Positions 9,536 through 19,169 of a DNA stretch of 64,000 bases are shown here, piece by piece. Origin of the DNA: Candidatus Bathyarchaeota archaeon (GTDB lineage: Archaea; Thermoproteota; Bathyarchaeia; TCS64); NCBI GenBank assembly GCA_016783485.1, contig JADHWM010000001.1, forward strand, positions 10,181 through 74,180. The letters are read 5' to 3'. The notes below the pieces were generated by a model. The model ran no database searches and had not been told where the DNA came from. It worked only from the letters and a program-made list of their open reading frames with translations. How positions within the stretch are numbered: the stretch's first letter is position 1; every line of letters begins with the position of its first letter. A program made the position numbers and the translations under genes.

Positions 9536-9630
9536 TGGCGCGGCCGGCAGGATTTGAACCCGCGACATTGGGTTGTCTCCTAGAAATCTATCCGAAGACC
9601 CACGCTCTATCCAGACTGAGCCACGGCCGC
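9536..9630 (-). tRNA. tRNA-Arg (anticodon UCG) with a 17-nt intron 3' of position 37
   Basis: Reverse complement reads GCGGCCG-TG-GCTC-AGTCTGGATA-GAGC-G-TGGGT-CTTCGG-[ATAGATTTCTAGGAGAC]-A-ACCCA-ATGTC-GCGGG-TTCAAAT-CCTGC-CGGCCGC-G-CCA. All four stems pair; CCA is encoded. Confidence 0.8.
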
Positions 9631-9828
9631 AACGCTGAACAGAGAAAACGCATCGCTAGTTAAGGTTTGTTGTCTGTATAAAGGTACTTCATGGATCCTA
9701 ATCGTGAGCGTCATAGTCCCCGGGGCCCCTTCGACCATACTCCATGTGGAGCGATAATACGGGGCTGTCGCCAGAGAAGATTTATTCCAGCATACGGGAA
9801 TACCCGCTTGTAAAGGAGCGATGGTCCT

Positions 9829-10299
9829 GTGAGCGTCCCCGCCAACTTAGTCAGGGAGGTTGAGGTCTCCGCCTTCTCTCACGCCACCGAGGACGAAGAC
9901 AAGGTTGAGAAGGCCATGAGGAACCTTCTCCCCGAGGAAGCCCGGGACCTCTGGCTCACGAGGAGGACGCTCAAGGGGCACCACGGGGACCCCATCACGA
10001 TCGTGACGGGAAAGATAAGAAGGAAGAAAGGGGCGACCGGGGTCCTCCGGAAAGTGGTGCAGGAGCTTTCCTCTCTTGACCAGCAGAGGGTACTGGACGA
10101 GTTGGAGGAGAGACTAGACGATGGGGGTAACCTCTACATTCGACTGGATAAGCAGAACGCATACCTGGGCAAAGTCCGCCTAGTGGAGACAGATCCGGTG
10201 AGGATGAAATTCAAGCTCCAGCTACCCCACGGGAAGGACCGAGTGGAATACGTCCACGATGTCGTCAAAGCCATAATCAAGGAGGAACTCGAGGCGTGA
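9829..10299 (+). CDS. COG1325/DUF54-like predicted RNA-binding (exosome-associated) protein
   Basis: 156 aa; family usually adjacent to Rpp30 in archaea; overlaps the next gene by 4 nt. Confidence 0.45.
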   Translation: MSVPANLVREVEVSAFSHATEDEDKVEKAMRNLLPEEARDLWLTRRTLKGHHGDPITIVTGKIRRKKGATGVLRKVVQELSSLDQQRVLDELEERLDDGGNLYIRLDKQNAYLGKVRLVETDPVRMKFKLQLPHGKDRVEYVHDVVKAIIKEELEA

Positions 10300-11012
10300 G
10301 ACGCTTCGTCGACCTCAACATCAGGGACCCGGGAGAACCTCGAGTCCTCATGGAGATGCTGGAACTCGCATCGAAGCTGGGATTCAAAGGCATCGCAATA
10401 GCCTCCGAGAGACCCGCGCCGCAGGCATGGAGAGACGAGGCCCGGACCCTCGGCATCGATCTTGCGAGTCGAGTCGACCTGAGACCCAGGAACACCAACG
10501 AGCTATCCAAGGCCCTACGGCGGGTCCGCAGAAAATTCGAGATCGTGGCGGTCCACTGCGAAAACAAGGCCGTGTCGAGGCAAGCCGCGAAGGATCACCG
10601 GGTCGATATCCTCACTTTCCCTCCCCTGAAGACCGGAAGGAGCCGCGTGAGCCTAGACCGTCAGGGAGCATCCCTCGCTGCGAAATCTAACTGCGCTTAC
10701 GAAGTGTCCCTCTCAGACTTGCTGGACTCGAGTGCAGATGAGAGAGCAAGGGTCCTCGTCAACCTGAAACGGGACATCTGGAACGCTGAACGCGAAGGCG
10801 TGCCCGTTTTGGCCTCGAGCGGCGCCGCTACACCTCTCCGGATGCGGGAACCCCGTGCCATTGCGTCGATCACGAGCCTCCTCGGCATCTCGGAGGACCA
10901 GGGGCTCGACGCGGTCTCGGTGATTCCTATCAAGATCCTTGAGAGAAACAGGGCAAAGCTCGAGCCGGGATTCGTGAGCCCGGGAGTCAGGGAGGTGGAA
11001 GGATGCCTGTGA
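10296..11012 (+). CDS. rnp3: Ribonuclease P protein component 3 (Rpp30, PHP/TIM-barrel)
   Basis: 238 aa; FVDLNIRD N-terminus and overall pattern are Rpp30-like; conserved adjacency with Pop5. Confidence 0.6.
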   Translation: MRRFVDLNIRDPGEPRVLMEMLELASKLGFKGIAIASERPAPQAWRDEARTLGIDLASRVDLRPRNTNELSKALRRVRRKFEIVAVHCENKAVSRQAAKDHRVDILTFPPLKTGRSRVSLDRQGASLAAKSNCAYEVSLSDLLDSSADERARVLVNLKRDIWNAEREGVPVLASSGAATPLRMREPRAIASITSLLGISEDQGLDAVSVIPIKILERNRAKLEPGFVSPGVREVEGCL

Positions 11013-11329
11013 GAGGAACCGGGAGGCGATACCTAGCCATCTCCCTCGACGGTGGCGATGCCTACTCCGAGCAGGAAGTCTCAGATGCACTCTATCAAGC
11101 CGTCCGGGAGCTATTCGGGTATTTCGGCGTATCGGGTCTCCAGCCGAGACTCATAGAATACGACGAGGAAACAAGAAAAGGAATCGTCCGATGCAGCCGG
11201 AGCCACACAAGGGAGATGAGGGCGGCCTTGGCTCTTATCACCGAGATATCGAACAACGATGCAGCGGTGAGGGTGACGGGGGCCTCGGGGACGATCAAGT
11301 CCCTGAAGGCTAATGCGGCATCGAAATAG
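11003..11329 (+). CDS. rnp2: Ribonuclease P protein component 2 (Pop5)
   Basis: 108 aa; RRYLAISLDGG...IVRCSRSHTREMRAALALI is Pop5-like; overlaps rnp3 by 10 nt. Confidence 0.6.
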   Translation: MPVRGTGRRYLAISLDGGDAYSEQEVSDALYQAVRELFGYFGVSGLQPRLIEYDEETRKGIVRCSRSHTREMRAALALITEISNNDAAVRVTGASGTIKSLKANAASK

Positions 11330-11375
11330 CATTCAGGACCTGTGCCTTTTAACCCAAACGGAGCTATTTTTAGCG

Positions 11376-11579
11376 ATGGCGTTGGATCCGGTCGCCGGTC
11401 TCCATGTGTTCATGGAGCTCTTCACGATAGTCACCGCAGGGCTCCTCTCCCCCCGGAAAGAAGACCTCGAATACGCCTACCTGACACCGGTCATGGTACT
11501 CTTCTATCGCCCCTACTACGCGTTCGTCCGCATCTGGGCCTATATTTCGTGGGTCATGAAGCTCGAGAGCCGGTGGTAG
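11376..11579 (+). CDS. Small 2-TM membrane protein; hypothetical
   Basis: MALDPVAGLHVFMELFTIVTAGLL...YRPYYAFVRIWAYISWV; ATG at 11376 in frame with ORF 11313..11579. Confidence 0.3.
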   Translation: MALDPVAGLHVFMELFTIVTAGLLSPRKEDLEYAYLTPVMVLFYRPYYAFVRIWAYISWVMKLESRW

Positions 11580-11838
11580 CAGCAATTCCAGGACTATTAT
11601 TGAAGATCTCGAGGCATTCATCAACGAATACTAAAAGCGAGAAATCCATAGAATTGGTATTCCTTCACGCGATATTTTTTTCTCAAACTCATCTCAACAT
11701 TTATATCTAGAGCATCTGTAAAAGGTCAGGTGCGCTGAGAAGAAAAGATGAGTCGAGTTCCTCTCCGAGAAGAGCGGAAATAGGCTTAAAACCCCTCTCG
11801 CGTATGATCAGCATGAAGTCAGAGGCTGAAAAAATAGA

Positions 11839-12066
11839 ATGATCATTCCAGTCAGATGCTTCTCCTGCGGCAAGTTGGTGGGGGACAAATGGGAGCCCTT
11901 CTCCAAGAGGGTTGCAGCCGGTGAGCACCCCAAGGAGGTCCTCGACGACCTCGGAGTCGAAAGGTACTGCTGCAGGAGGATGCTGATCTCCCACGTGGAC
12001 CTCATAGACGATATACTGGAGTTCCACGAGAACAAAGAGATCGTCGATATCAGAGGCGAACGTTAG
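11839..12066 (+). CDS. rpoN: DNA-directed RNA polymerase subunit N (Rpo10/RpoN)
   Basis: [19 protein letters not shown]...[16 protein letters not shown] zinc-bundle signature. Confidence 0.9.
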   Translation: MIIPVRCFSCGKLVGDKWEPFSKRVAAGEHPKEVLDDLGVERYCCRRMLISHVDLIDDILEFHENKEIVDIRGER

Positions 12067-12068
12067 AT

Positions 12069-12680
12069 ATGGAAACTCAGCAAAGCGATACCCTCCTGCT
12101 GCCCCAGGAGGTGCTCCTGTCCGCGGGGGTCCACATCGGGACCAGGGTCAAGACCAACGACATGATGCCATTCATATACAAGGTGAGGCCGGACGGCCTC
12201 TTCGTCCTCGACATGGATAAGATGAACGAGAGGGTGCAGACCGCTGCCAAGTTCATCTCCAGGATGGACCTCTCAAGAGTCGCGGTCGCCTCATCCAAGA
12301 GGTACGGGAGGCTGCCCGTCCACAAGTTCTGCGAGGTGACCGGCGCGCATCCCCTGATCGGGCGCTTCACATCGGGAACCTTCACCAACCCGACGTACAG
12401 CCACTATTTCGAGCCCGTAGCGGTGATCGTCACCGACGCCCTCGCCGATCAGCAGATCGTGGTCGAGGCCGCAACGGTGGGAGTCCCCGTTATAGCGTTA
12501 TGCAGTACCGACAACAACCTCTCCAACGTCGACCTCATCATCCCCATCAACAACAAGGGGAGGAGGAGCCTCGCCATCGCCTACTGGCTCCTCGCGAGGC
12601 AGCTCAAGCGGGAGCTCAATGAGCTCACCCCTGAGCAGGACTTTTCGGTCTCCATCGACGATTTCGAGTCAACCATGTAG
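12069..12680 (+). CDS. rps2: 30S ribosomal protein uS2
   Basis: LLSAGVHIGTRVKTNDMMPFIYKVRPDGLFVLDMDKM and C-terminal uS2 motifs. Confidence 0.9.
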   Translation: METQQSDTLLLPQEVLLSAGVHIGTRVKTNDMMPFIYKVRPDGLFVLDMDKMNERVQTAAKFISRMDLSRVAVASSKRYGRLPVHKFCEVTGAHPLIGRFTSGTFTNPTYSHYFEPVAVIVTDALADQQIVVEAATVGVPVIALCSTDNNLSNVDLIIPINNKGRRSLAIAYWLLARQLKRELNELTPEQDFSVSIDDFESTM

Positions 12681-12688
12681 GTGGGGCC

Positions 12689-13531
12689 ATGGGCGTCAGG
12701 CGACCTTGGGTTGCGGGAGCTTTCTACCCCGCATCGCCCGATCGCCTGAGGGGCGCCATCGAGGATAGCTTCACCCATCCCCTCGGCCCGGGTAAACTAC
12801 CCCAAAAAGGATCAGAAGAAAGGGAGATCATCGGCGTCGTCTGCCCTCACGCAGGATACATGTACTCTGGTCCAGTCGCAGCCCACAGTTATTATCACCT
12901 AGCCTCTGAGAAGCCTCCTTCTGCGGTCATCATCCTCGGCCCGAATCACACCGGCCTAGGCGGTCCCGTCTCGATGTGGGGTGAAGGAGCTTGGGAGACC
13001 CCGCTCGGAAACGTCGAGATCCACGAACCCCTCGCCAAGAAGATCTTCGAGGCGTCCGATATCATCGACATGGATGAATCAGCCCATCTCAGGGAGCACT
13101 CCATCGAGGTGCAGCTCCCCTTCCTACAGTACATCTACGGAGAGACGAGGATCGTACCCATCTGCATGGGGTTCCAGGACCTGGGCACCAGCAGGGCGAT
13201 CGGGAGAGCCATCGCCGAGTCGGTTGCTGGAATGGATGCACTTATCCTCGCCTCGACGGATCTCACCCACATGGAAACCAAGGACTCCGCCGGGGAGAAG
13301 GATCGGGGAGTCATCGAGAGGATAGAGTCCATGAACGAGGAGGCCCTCCAATCCTGGGTGCGTTCCCAACGAGTGAGCATGTGCGGATACGGCCCAGTCT
13401 CCGCCACCCTCGTTGCGGCGAAGAGGCTGGGAGCGACTAAAGCCCAGCTCCTCGCCTACGGCACCAGCGGGGACATCACCAGTGACATGTCCGCGGTGGT
13501 GGGCTACGCCTCAGCCAAGATTACGAGGTAG
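12689..13531 (+). CDS. MEMO1-family protein (AmmeMemoRadiSam system protein B homolog)
   Basis: N-terminal PWVAGAFYP, HAGYMYSGP and HTGLGGP motifs; conserved position between rps2 and mvk in archaea. Confidence 0.8.
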   Translation: MGVRRPWVAGAFYPASPDRLRGAIEDSFTHPLGPGKLPQKGSEEREIIGVVCPHAGYMYSGPVAAHSYYHLASEKPPSAVIILGPNHTGLGGPVSMWGEGAWETPLGNVEIHEPLAKKIFEASDIIDMDESAHLREHSIEVQLPFLQYIYGETRIVPICMGFQDLGTSRAIGRAIAESVAGMDALILASTDLTHMETKDSAGEKDRGVIERIESMNEEALQSWVRSQRVSMCGYGPVSATLVAAKRLGATKAQLLAYGTSGDITSDMSAVVGYASAKITR

Positions 13532-13537
13532 AAAGTA

Positions 13538-14521
13538 ATGTCTGTCGAAGCCACTGCGCCCGGGAAGGCGATACTCTTCGGGGAGCATAGCGTCGTCTAC
13601 AGGGGTCCCGCTATCGTCATCGCCATCGACAGGAGAGCCAAGATCACCGCCAAGGAGAGGGACGACGAGATAATCAGGTTCGACTGCCTCGACCTGGGAT
13701 TCGAGGGATACTTCGAGGGCGATGAATACCACCCCGTCGCAGGGGAGGAATGGAGGGGGAATAGGCTCCAGGCGATGCTCGTCGCCGCCAGGAAGACGAT
13801 GGAGCACCTCGATAAACATTCAGGGCTCGACCTCACTGTCCGCTCCGAGATCCCCATAGCCGCCGGTCTGGGCTCCTCAGCCGCGATCTGCGTCGCTACG
13901 GTGGCGGCTACAGGGGAGCTGCTGGACGGTAACTTGTCACTGCAGGAGATCTGCGACCTCGCCTACGAGGGGGAGAAGGTGGTTCATGGTACCCCCAGCG
14001 GTGTCGATAACAACATCTCCACATACGGTGGCGTGTTGAGCTATGAGACAGGCGTCGGCATTGAGAGGATCGATTTCCAGGGGGGGCTCCCTCTGGTCAT
14101 CGGGAACTCTAGGAGGAAACGCTCGACTCGGAGACTCGTCGCCCGGGTGAGGCTCCTCAGGGACAGGAACCCCGAGCTCGTGGATGGGCTCATCGACTCG
14201 ATGGGAGAGGTCTCCCGAAAGGGCCTCGAAGCCATCAAGGCCAGGGACTATCCCATGATCGGGGACCTCATGAACATCAACCACGGCCTCCTCTCGTCGG
14301 TCGGGGTCTCCATCGCCAGGCTGGACATCCTGGTCCACGCCGCAAGGGGGGCAGGGGCATACGGGGCTAAACTCACGGGGGCGGGCGGAGGCGGCTGCAT
14401 GATCGCCATCACGGACCCTGACAAGCTCAAAGAGGTCAGCAGAGCGATCTCCCACAGCAGAGGAGAACCCCATATCGTCAACATCAGCTATGAAGGGGTC
14501 GAGACCAGGAGGCTGGACTGA
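13538..14521 (+). CDS. mvk: Mevalonate kinase
   Basis: GHMP kinase motifs APGKAILFGEHSVVY and PIAAGLGSSAA. Confidence 0.9.
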   Translation: MSVEATAPGKAILFGEHSVVYRGPAIVIAIDRRAKITAKERDDEIIRFDCLDLGFEGYFEGDEYHPVAGEEWRGNRLQAMLVAARKTMEHLDKHSGLDLTVRSEIPIAAGLGSSAAICVATVAATGELLDGNLSLQEICDLAYEGEKVVHGTPSGVDNNISTYGGVLSYETGVGIERIDFQGGLPLVIGNSRRKRSTRRLVARVRLLRDRNPELVDGLIDSMGEVSRKGLEAIKARDYPMIGDLMNINHGLLSSVGVSIARLDILVHAARGAGAYGAKLTGAGGGGCMIAITDPDKLKEVSRAISHSRGEPHIVNISYEGVETRRLD

Positions 14522-15301
14522 CTGCAGGTCCTCAAACTCGGTGGATCCGTGGTCACCGTCAAGGATCAGGAGTTCACAGCTCACCACGGGAACATCCGGA
14601 GGCTCGCCGAGGAGATCAAAGCTGCCTGGCCCACACCCGTCGTTATCGTCCACGGCGGGGGCTCCTTCGGCCATCCCGTCGCCAAGAAATATGGTATAGC
14701 GGGCGGCTTCACCTCGGATCGGCAGATCCCAGGCTTCGCCAGGACCCACCAAGCCATGGTGGACCTCAACGCCATCATCGTGAAGGCCCTCCTCGATGCG
14801 GGGATACCGGCCATGTCGGTGAGCCCGTCGTCGTTCATCGCCACGGATGACGGCCGGATGTCAAATGTCGATTTCGAGATCGTGGGCAGGCTCGTCGTCC
14901 GTGGGGTCCTTCCTGTTCTGTTCGGGGATGCAGTGCTCGACAGGAAGAAAGGATTCACCATCCTCTCAGGGGATCAGCTCGCGGTCCGCCTCGCCGTCTC
15001 CCTCGGGGCCTCGAAGCTCATCTTCGGGGTCGACGTGGACGGCGTCTTCACATCGAACCCAAAGCTCTCCCCCGAGGCAAGGCTGATCGACCGTTTGGAG
15101 ATAGAGAAGATCGATGGATTCGTCAAGATCGGGGAGTCTCTGTCGACCGATGTCACCGGCGGCATGCTGGGGAAGGTCTCTGAGGCTAGAGCGGCGGTCG
15201 GGGAGGGTGTCAAGGTTCAGTTCGTGAACGCCACGAAGCCCGACGTGATACTTAAAGCCCTCAAGGGGGAACCCGTAGCAGGGACCATCCTGACGGGGTG
15301 A
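14522..15301 (+). CDS. ipk: Isopentenyl phosphate kinase (amino-acid kinase fold); start codon unresolved
   Basis: VLKLGGSVVT glycine-rich N-terminus and VIVHGGGSFGH. Same frame as mvk, immediately after its TGA; first canonical start (GTG 14549) lies inside the essential motif. Confidence 0.85.
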   Translation: MQVLKLGGSVVTVKDQEFTAHHGNIRRLAEEIKAAWPTPVVIVHGGGSFGHPVAKKYGIAGGFTSDRQIPGFARTHQAMVDLNAIIVKALLDAGIPAMSVSPSSFIATDDGRMSNVDFEIVGRLVVRGVLPVLFGDAVLDRKKGFTILSGDQLAVRLAVSLGASKLIFGVDVDGVFTSNPKLSPEARLIDRLEIEKIDGFVKIGESLSTDVTGGMLGKVSEARAAVGEGVKVQFVNATKPDVILKALKGEPVAGTILTG

Positions 15302-16398
15302 GACCGCTGACGGAGATCGAGAAGAGGAAGGAGAGACACCTCAGATTATCGCTGGATGAGAACGTCCAGTCAGATATCGGGACGGGGTTCGAGGACATCA
15401 GGCTCATCCACCGCGCCCTCCCCGAGATAGACCTCGACGAGATAGACACGGAGACTGAGCTCTTCGGGAAGAGACTCGCCTCACCCCTCATCGTCTCGGC
15501 GATAACCGGGGGAACAGGATTCGCCAAGGAGATCAACTCAACCCTCGCCGAGGTCGCGGAGGAGCTCGGGTTAGGGATAGGGGTAGGCAGTCAGCGGATC
15601 GCCCTCGAGGACCCCGGCGTGGAGCATACATTCACGGTTGTGAGGGAAAAGGCGCCATCGTCCCTGGTCATGGGGAACATTGGCTGCCCCCAGCTCAGCA
15701 TCGGGTGGGGCGTAGAGGAGGCGAAGCGATGCATCGACATGATAGAGGCAGACGCCCTCGGGATCCACATGAATCCCCTCCAGGAGGCCGTCCAAGTCGG
15801 GGGGGATACCCAGTACAGGGGCGTACTAGAGAAAATTAAGGCGATAACGGGCGAGCTCGGGACACCGGTGGTGATGAAGGAGACTGGGTGCGGCATCTCC
15901 AGGGAGGTCGCCGTGAGCCTGAAGGCCGCCGGAGCATCAGCCCTTGAGGTGAGCGGCGTGGGGGGTACAAGCTGGGCGGCGGTGGAGCATCACATCGCAA
16001 GGGTCGAGGGGAGGAAGAGCCAGGAAGCCCTCGGCGAGGCCCTATGGAACTGGGGGATACCCACGGCCATAAGCGTCGTCGAGGCCAGCCGATCTACGGA
16101 TCTAAAGATCATCGCCTCTGGTGGGCTCCGGACCGGCGTCGAGATGGCCAAGGCGATCACATTGGGCGCCGATGCTGTGGGTATAGCGAAGCCCTTCCTC
16201 GAGAAAGCTGTTGAAGGAAAGGGGGCCCTCCTGGAGCATGCGAATGACATCCTACGGGAATTCAGGACCGTGATGTTCCTCGTCGGAGCTAGGAACGTGG
16301 AGGAACTCAAAAAAGTCCCCGTCGTCGTCCTGGGGAGAACCTCGGAATGGCTCAGGCTGAGAGGCTACGACCTCCAGAGTCTGGCAAACCGGGGATAA
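15298..16398 (+). CDS. fni: Isopentenyl-diphosphate delta-isomerase, type 2 (FMN-dependent)
   Basis: TIM-barrel IDI-2 motifs (SAITGG, MNPLQEA.Q, GVGGTSWAAVE, ASGGLRTG). Confidence 0.9.
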   Translation: MRPLTEIEKRKERHLRLSLDENVQSDIGTGFEDIRLIHRALPEIDLDEIDTETELFGKRLASPLIVSAITGGTGFAKEINSTLAEVAEELGLGIGVGSQRIALEDPGVEHTFTVVREKAPSSLVMGNIGCPQLSIGWGVEEAKRCIDMIEADALGIHMNPLQEAVQVGGDTQYRGVLEKIKAITGELGTPVVMKETGCGISREVAVSLKAAGASALEVSGVGGTSWAAVEHHIARVEGRKSQEALGEALWNWGIPTAISVVEASRSTDLKIIASGGLRTGVEMAKAITLGADAVGIAKPFLEKAVEGKGALLEHANDILREFRTVMFLVGARNVEELKKVPVVVLGRTSEWLRLRGYDLQSLANRG

Positions 16399-16451
16399 GG
16401 GCCGGAAGTTCATGGAGATAACTTTTATCAGGTTTATACGGCTCATACGCA

Positions 16452-17474
16452 ATGTCGGAGGAGGGAAAGATGGTCAAGAACTCTATATCGGAGAAACTCA
16501 TCGCCAGCGCGTCGAAGGTTGACGACTATATATTCGAGCTCCTCGAGGACCGGAAACCTGCAGTCCTATACGAAGCGTCGAGGCACATCTTCAACGCTGG
16601 AGGGAAGCGGCTCAGGCCATACCTCGTACTGAAATCATGTGAGCTCGTGGGCGGAGACTCCAGCGTAGCCCTCCCCTTCGCGGCTGGTCTGGAGATCCTC
16701 CACAACTTCACGCTTATCCACGACGACATCATGGACAACGACCCGATCAGGCGAGGAGCCCCCACGATCCACTCCAAGTGGGGAGTCCCAGTGGCCATCG
16801 CGAGCGGCGACCTCCTGTTCGCGAAGGTATACCAGGCGATGTACGCCTCGTACTTCAATGGTTCTTTGCCAAGCGACAGGGTCCTCGAGTCAATAAAAGC
16901 TGTAACGGAGGCCACAATCAGCATCTGCGAGGGTCAGGTCCTCGATGTCTCGTTCCCAGATACGAGTGATGTCTCCCCGGAGGACTATATTTTCATGGTC
17001 GGTGGCAAGACCTCAGCACTCTTCAAGGCTTGCGCCGAGATAGGCGCCATCGTCGGGGGCGCCAATGAGGAGGATGTTGAGAGGCTCGGTTCCTTCGCCT
17101 GGGATGCGGGGATAGCTTTCCAGATCGTGGACGACATCCTCGGCGTAACAGCCGACGAGGAGACCTTGGGGAAGCCTGTGGGAAGCGACTTGAGAGAGGG
17201 GAAGAAGACCCTCATTATAGTCCATGCCCTCGAGAATTCCACATCTGTAGACAGAGATACGATCCTGAAGGTGCTGGGAAAAGACGATTCTGCTCCAATC
17301 GACATTGAGGCCGCGATAAAGATTCTGGTTGATCTTGGTTCGATTGAATACGCTAAAAAAATCGCCTGGGAGTACGCCGGTAGCTCGAAGGCGATGCTTG
17401 AGCTCTTCCCCGAGTCCGAGGCAAAAAGGAACCTCCTAGAGATGCTGGAATATTTCATGCGGAGAAGTTCCTAA
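16452..17474 (+). CDS. idsA: Geranylgeranyl diphosphate synthase (short-chain trans-prenyltransferase)
   Basis: FARM LIHDDIMD and SARM DDILG motifs. Confidence 0.85.
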   Translation: MSEEGKMVKNSISEKLIASASKVDDYIFELLEDRKPAVLYEASRHIFNAGGKRLRPYLVLKSCELVGGDSSVALPFAAGLEILHNFTLIHDDIMDNDPIRRGAPTIHSKWGVPVAIASGDLLFAKVYQAMYASYFNGSLPSDRVLESIKAVTEATISICEGQVLDVSFPDTSDVSPEDYIFMVGGKTSALFKACAEIGAIVGGANEEDVERLGSFAWDAGIAFQIVDDILGVTADEETLGKPVGSDLREGKKTLIIVHALENSTSVDRDTILKVLGKDDSAPIDIEAAIKILVDLGSIEYAKKIAWEYAGSSKAMLELFPESEAKRNLLEMLEYFMRRSS

Positions 17475-17591
17475 TCAACAACCTTTTGAGAAACAGGCTC
17501 ATTTCAGCTAATCCCATTTTTGAATGGTCCTGTCCTGAAAAGTCTTAATAAGGATTCTCTGGTAGATCATTGATCTTTCGGAGTTTTCAAT

Positions 17592-18521
17592 ATGAGAAAT
17601 AAACGACCCGCCTACAGCGACCTGATGAAGGAGATCCGTGAGGGAAAGTTCGTTCTCACAGGGGAGCTGGAGCCGGAGAAGACAACGGGGCTCGAGGAGA
17701 TCCTCGTCAGCGCGAGGGCAATGAAACCGTACGTAATCGCCGCGAATGTGACCGATAATCCGCTGGCGATGGCCTTCATGAACTCCCTAGTGCCCTCCTA
17801 TGTCGTCCAGAGGGACGTTGGCCTGGAGACGGTCTACCAAATGGTCATCAGGGATAGGAACCGCCTTGCCCTGCTCTCGGACGTCCTAGCTGCCGCCCAC
17901 CTCGGCATCAAGAACATCCTGGCGATCTCGGGGGACCACACAGTTCTCGGCGACCACAAGGGAGCGCTCCCCGTTTACGACCTCGACTCAGCTCAGTTCG
18001 TCTACATGCTTAGCAAGCTGATCGATGAGGGGGTCGACCTGGAGGGGAACGAGATTCACGGGAAGGTTCCCATCAACGTGGGAATTGCCGCGAACCCTAA
18101 CGCCAATCCTCTGGAGCCGGAGATTTTGAAAGTCGAGAGGAAGACCAAAATCGGCGCCGACTTTATTCAGACTCAGACGATGTTCGACATCGACCTCACC
18201 AAGGAGTTCCTCAAGGAGACCGAGAGGCTCAACTGCCCCACGCTCATCGGCGTCTTCCCCCTCAAGTCCTTTGGCATCGCCGACTTTTTCGACAAATACA
18301 TCCCCGGGGTCAGCGTACCCAAAGACCTCCTAGAATCCATGAGGAAGTGTAAGGAAGAGCCGGACAAGGAGAAGAGGAAAATGCTCTACGACGAGGTGAA
18401 CATGGAGTTCTTCGCACCCTTCATCAGGGAGATCAGGAAGACTACAAAGGCGGCGGGGGTCCACGTGATGGCGGTCCTCTACGAGAGGATCCTCGAGCCC
18501 CTGGTCGCGGAGACAATGTGA
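17592..18521 (+). CDS. metF: Methylenetetrahydrofolate reductase MetF (acetogen-type large subunit)
   Basis: MTHFR TIM-barrel pattern (AISGDH, ..AANPNANP..); immediately followed by metV. Confidence 0.75.
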   Translation: MRNKRPAYSDLMKEIREGKFVLTGELEPEKTTGLEEILVSARAMKPYVIAANVTDNPLAMAFMNSLVPSYVVQRDVGLETVYQMVIRDRNRLALLSDVLAAAHLGIKNILAISGDHTVLGDHKGALPVYDLDSAQFVYMLSKLIDEGVDLEGNEIHGKVPINVGIAANPNANPLEPEILKVERKTKIGADFIQTQTMFDIDLTKEFLKETERLNCPTLIGVFPLKSFGIADFFDKYIPGVSVPKDLLESMRKCKEEPDKEKRKMLYDEVNMEFFAPFIREIRKTTKAAGVHVMAVLYERILEPLVAETM

Positions 18522-18532
18522 GGTGATGATGG

Positions 18533-19168
18533 ATGATAATCACTAAACAGAAGCCCTTTGAAAAGATCATGGAAATGACGGAGCCCTTCGGGAAGCTCTT
18601 CGTCGTGGGCTGCGGAAAGTGCGCAACGGTCTGCCAGACCGGAGGGGAGAATGAGGTCCACGGCATGGTCGAGAAGCTCTCGGACAAGATCAGCGGCTTC
18701 ACCGTCGTGGAGGAGCCCTGCGACCTCAGGCTAACCAGACGCGACCTTAAAGAACACAAGGAGACGATCGCCGAGTCAGACGCTGTTCTCGTCATGAACT
18801 GCGGAGTCGGGGTCCAGACCATAGCGGAATACACGGGCAAGATCGCTCTACCTGCGCTGGACACGATGTTCATCGGCATGACCGAAAGGATCGGGCGGTA
18901 CTACGAACGATGCAAGGCCTGCCAGGATTGCATCCTCGACGAGACAGGGGGCGTCTGCCCAATAGCACGCTGCCCCAAAGCACTGCTGAACGGCCCATGT
19001 GGGGGACAGGTCGAGGGTAAATGCGAGGTCGGCGAATACAAGGACGATTGCGCCTGGGTCCTAATCTGGAAGAAGCTCACAGAGCAGGACAGGCTTGAAG
19101 AATTCACCAAGTTCAGGCCGCCCAGAAACCACTACACCAAGATCCTAACAACTAAACTCATCTCCTGA
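18533..19168 (+). CDS. metV: Methylene-THF reductase subunit MetV (Cys-rich zinc/Fe-S partner, MTHFR_C family)
   Basis: VVGCGKCATVCQTGG and CKACQDCILDETGGVCPIARCPKALLNGPCGG. Confidence 0.7.
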   Translation: MIITKQKPFEKIMEMTEPFGKLFVVGCGKCATVCQTGGENEVHGMVEKLSDKISGFTVVEEPCDLRLTRRDLKEHKETIAESDAVLVMNCGVGVQTIAEYTGKIALPALDTMFIGMTERIGRYYERCKACQDCILDETGGVCPIARCPKALLNGPCGGQVEGKCEVGEYKDDCAWVLIWKKLTEQDRLEEFTKFRPPRNHYTKILTTKLIS

Positions 19169-19169
19169 T

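Noticed and set aside
14519-14521. In-frame TGA between mvk and ipk as a selenocysteine codon
   Set aside because: No other in-frame TGA in recognisable selenoprotein families, no SECIS-like hairpin obvious downstream, and neither Mvk nor Ipk is a known selenoprotein.
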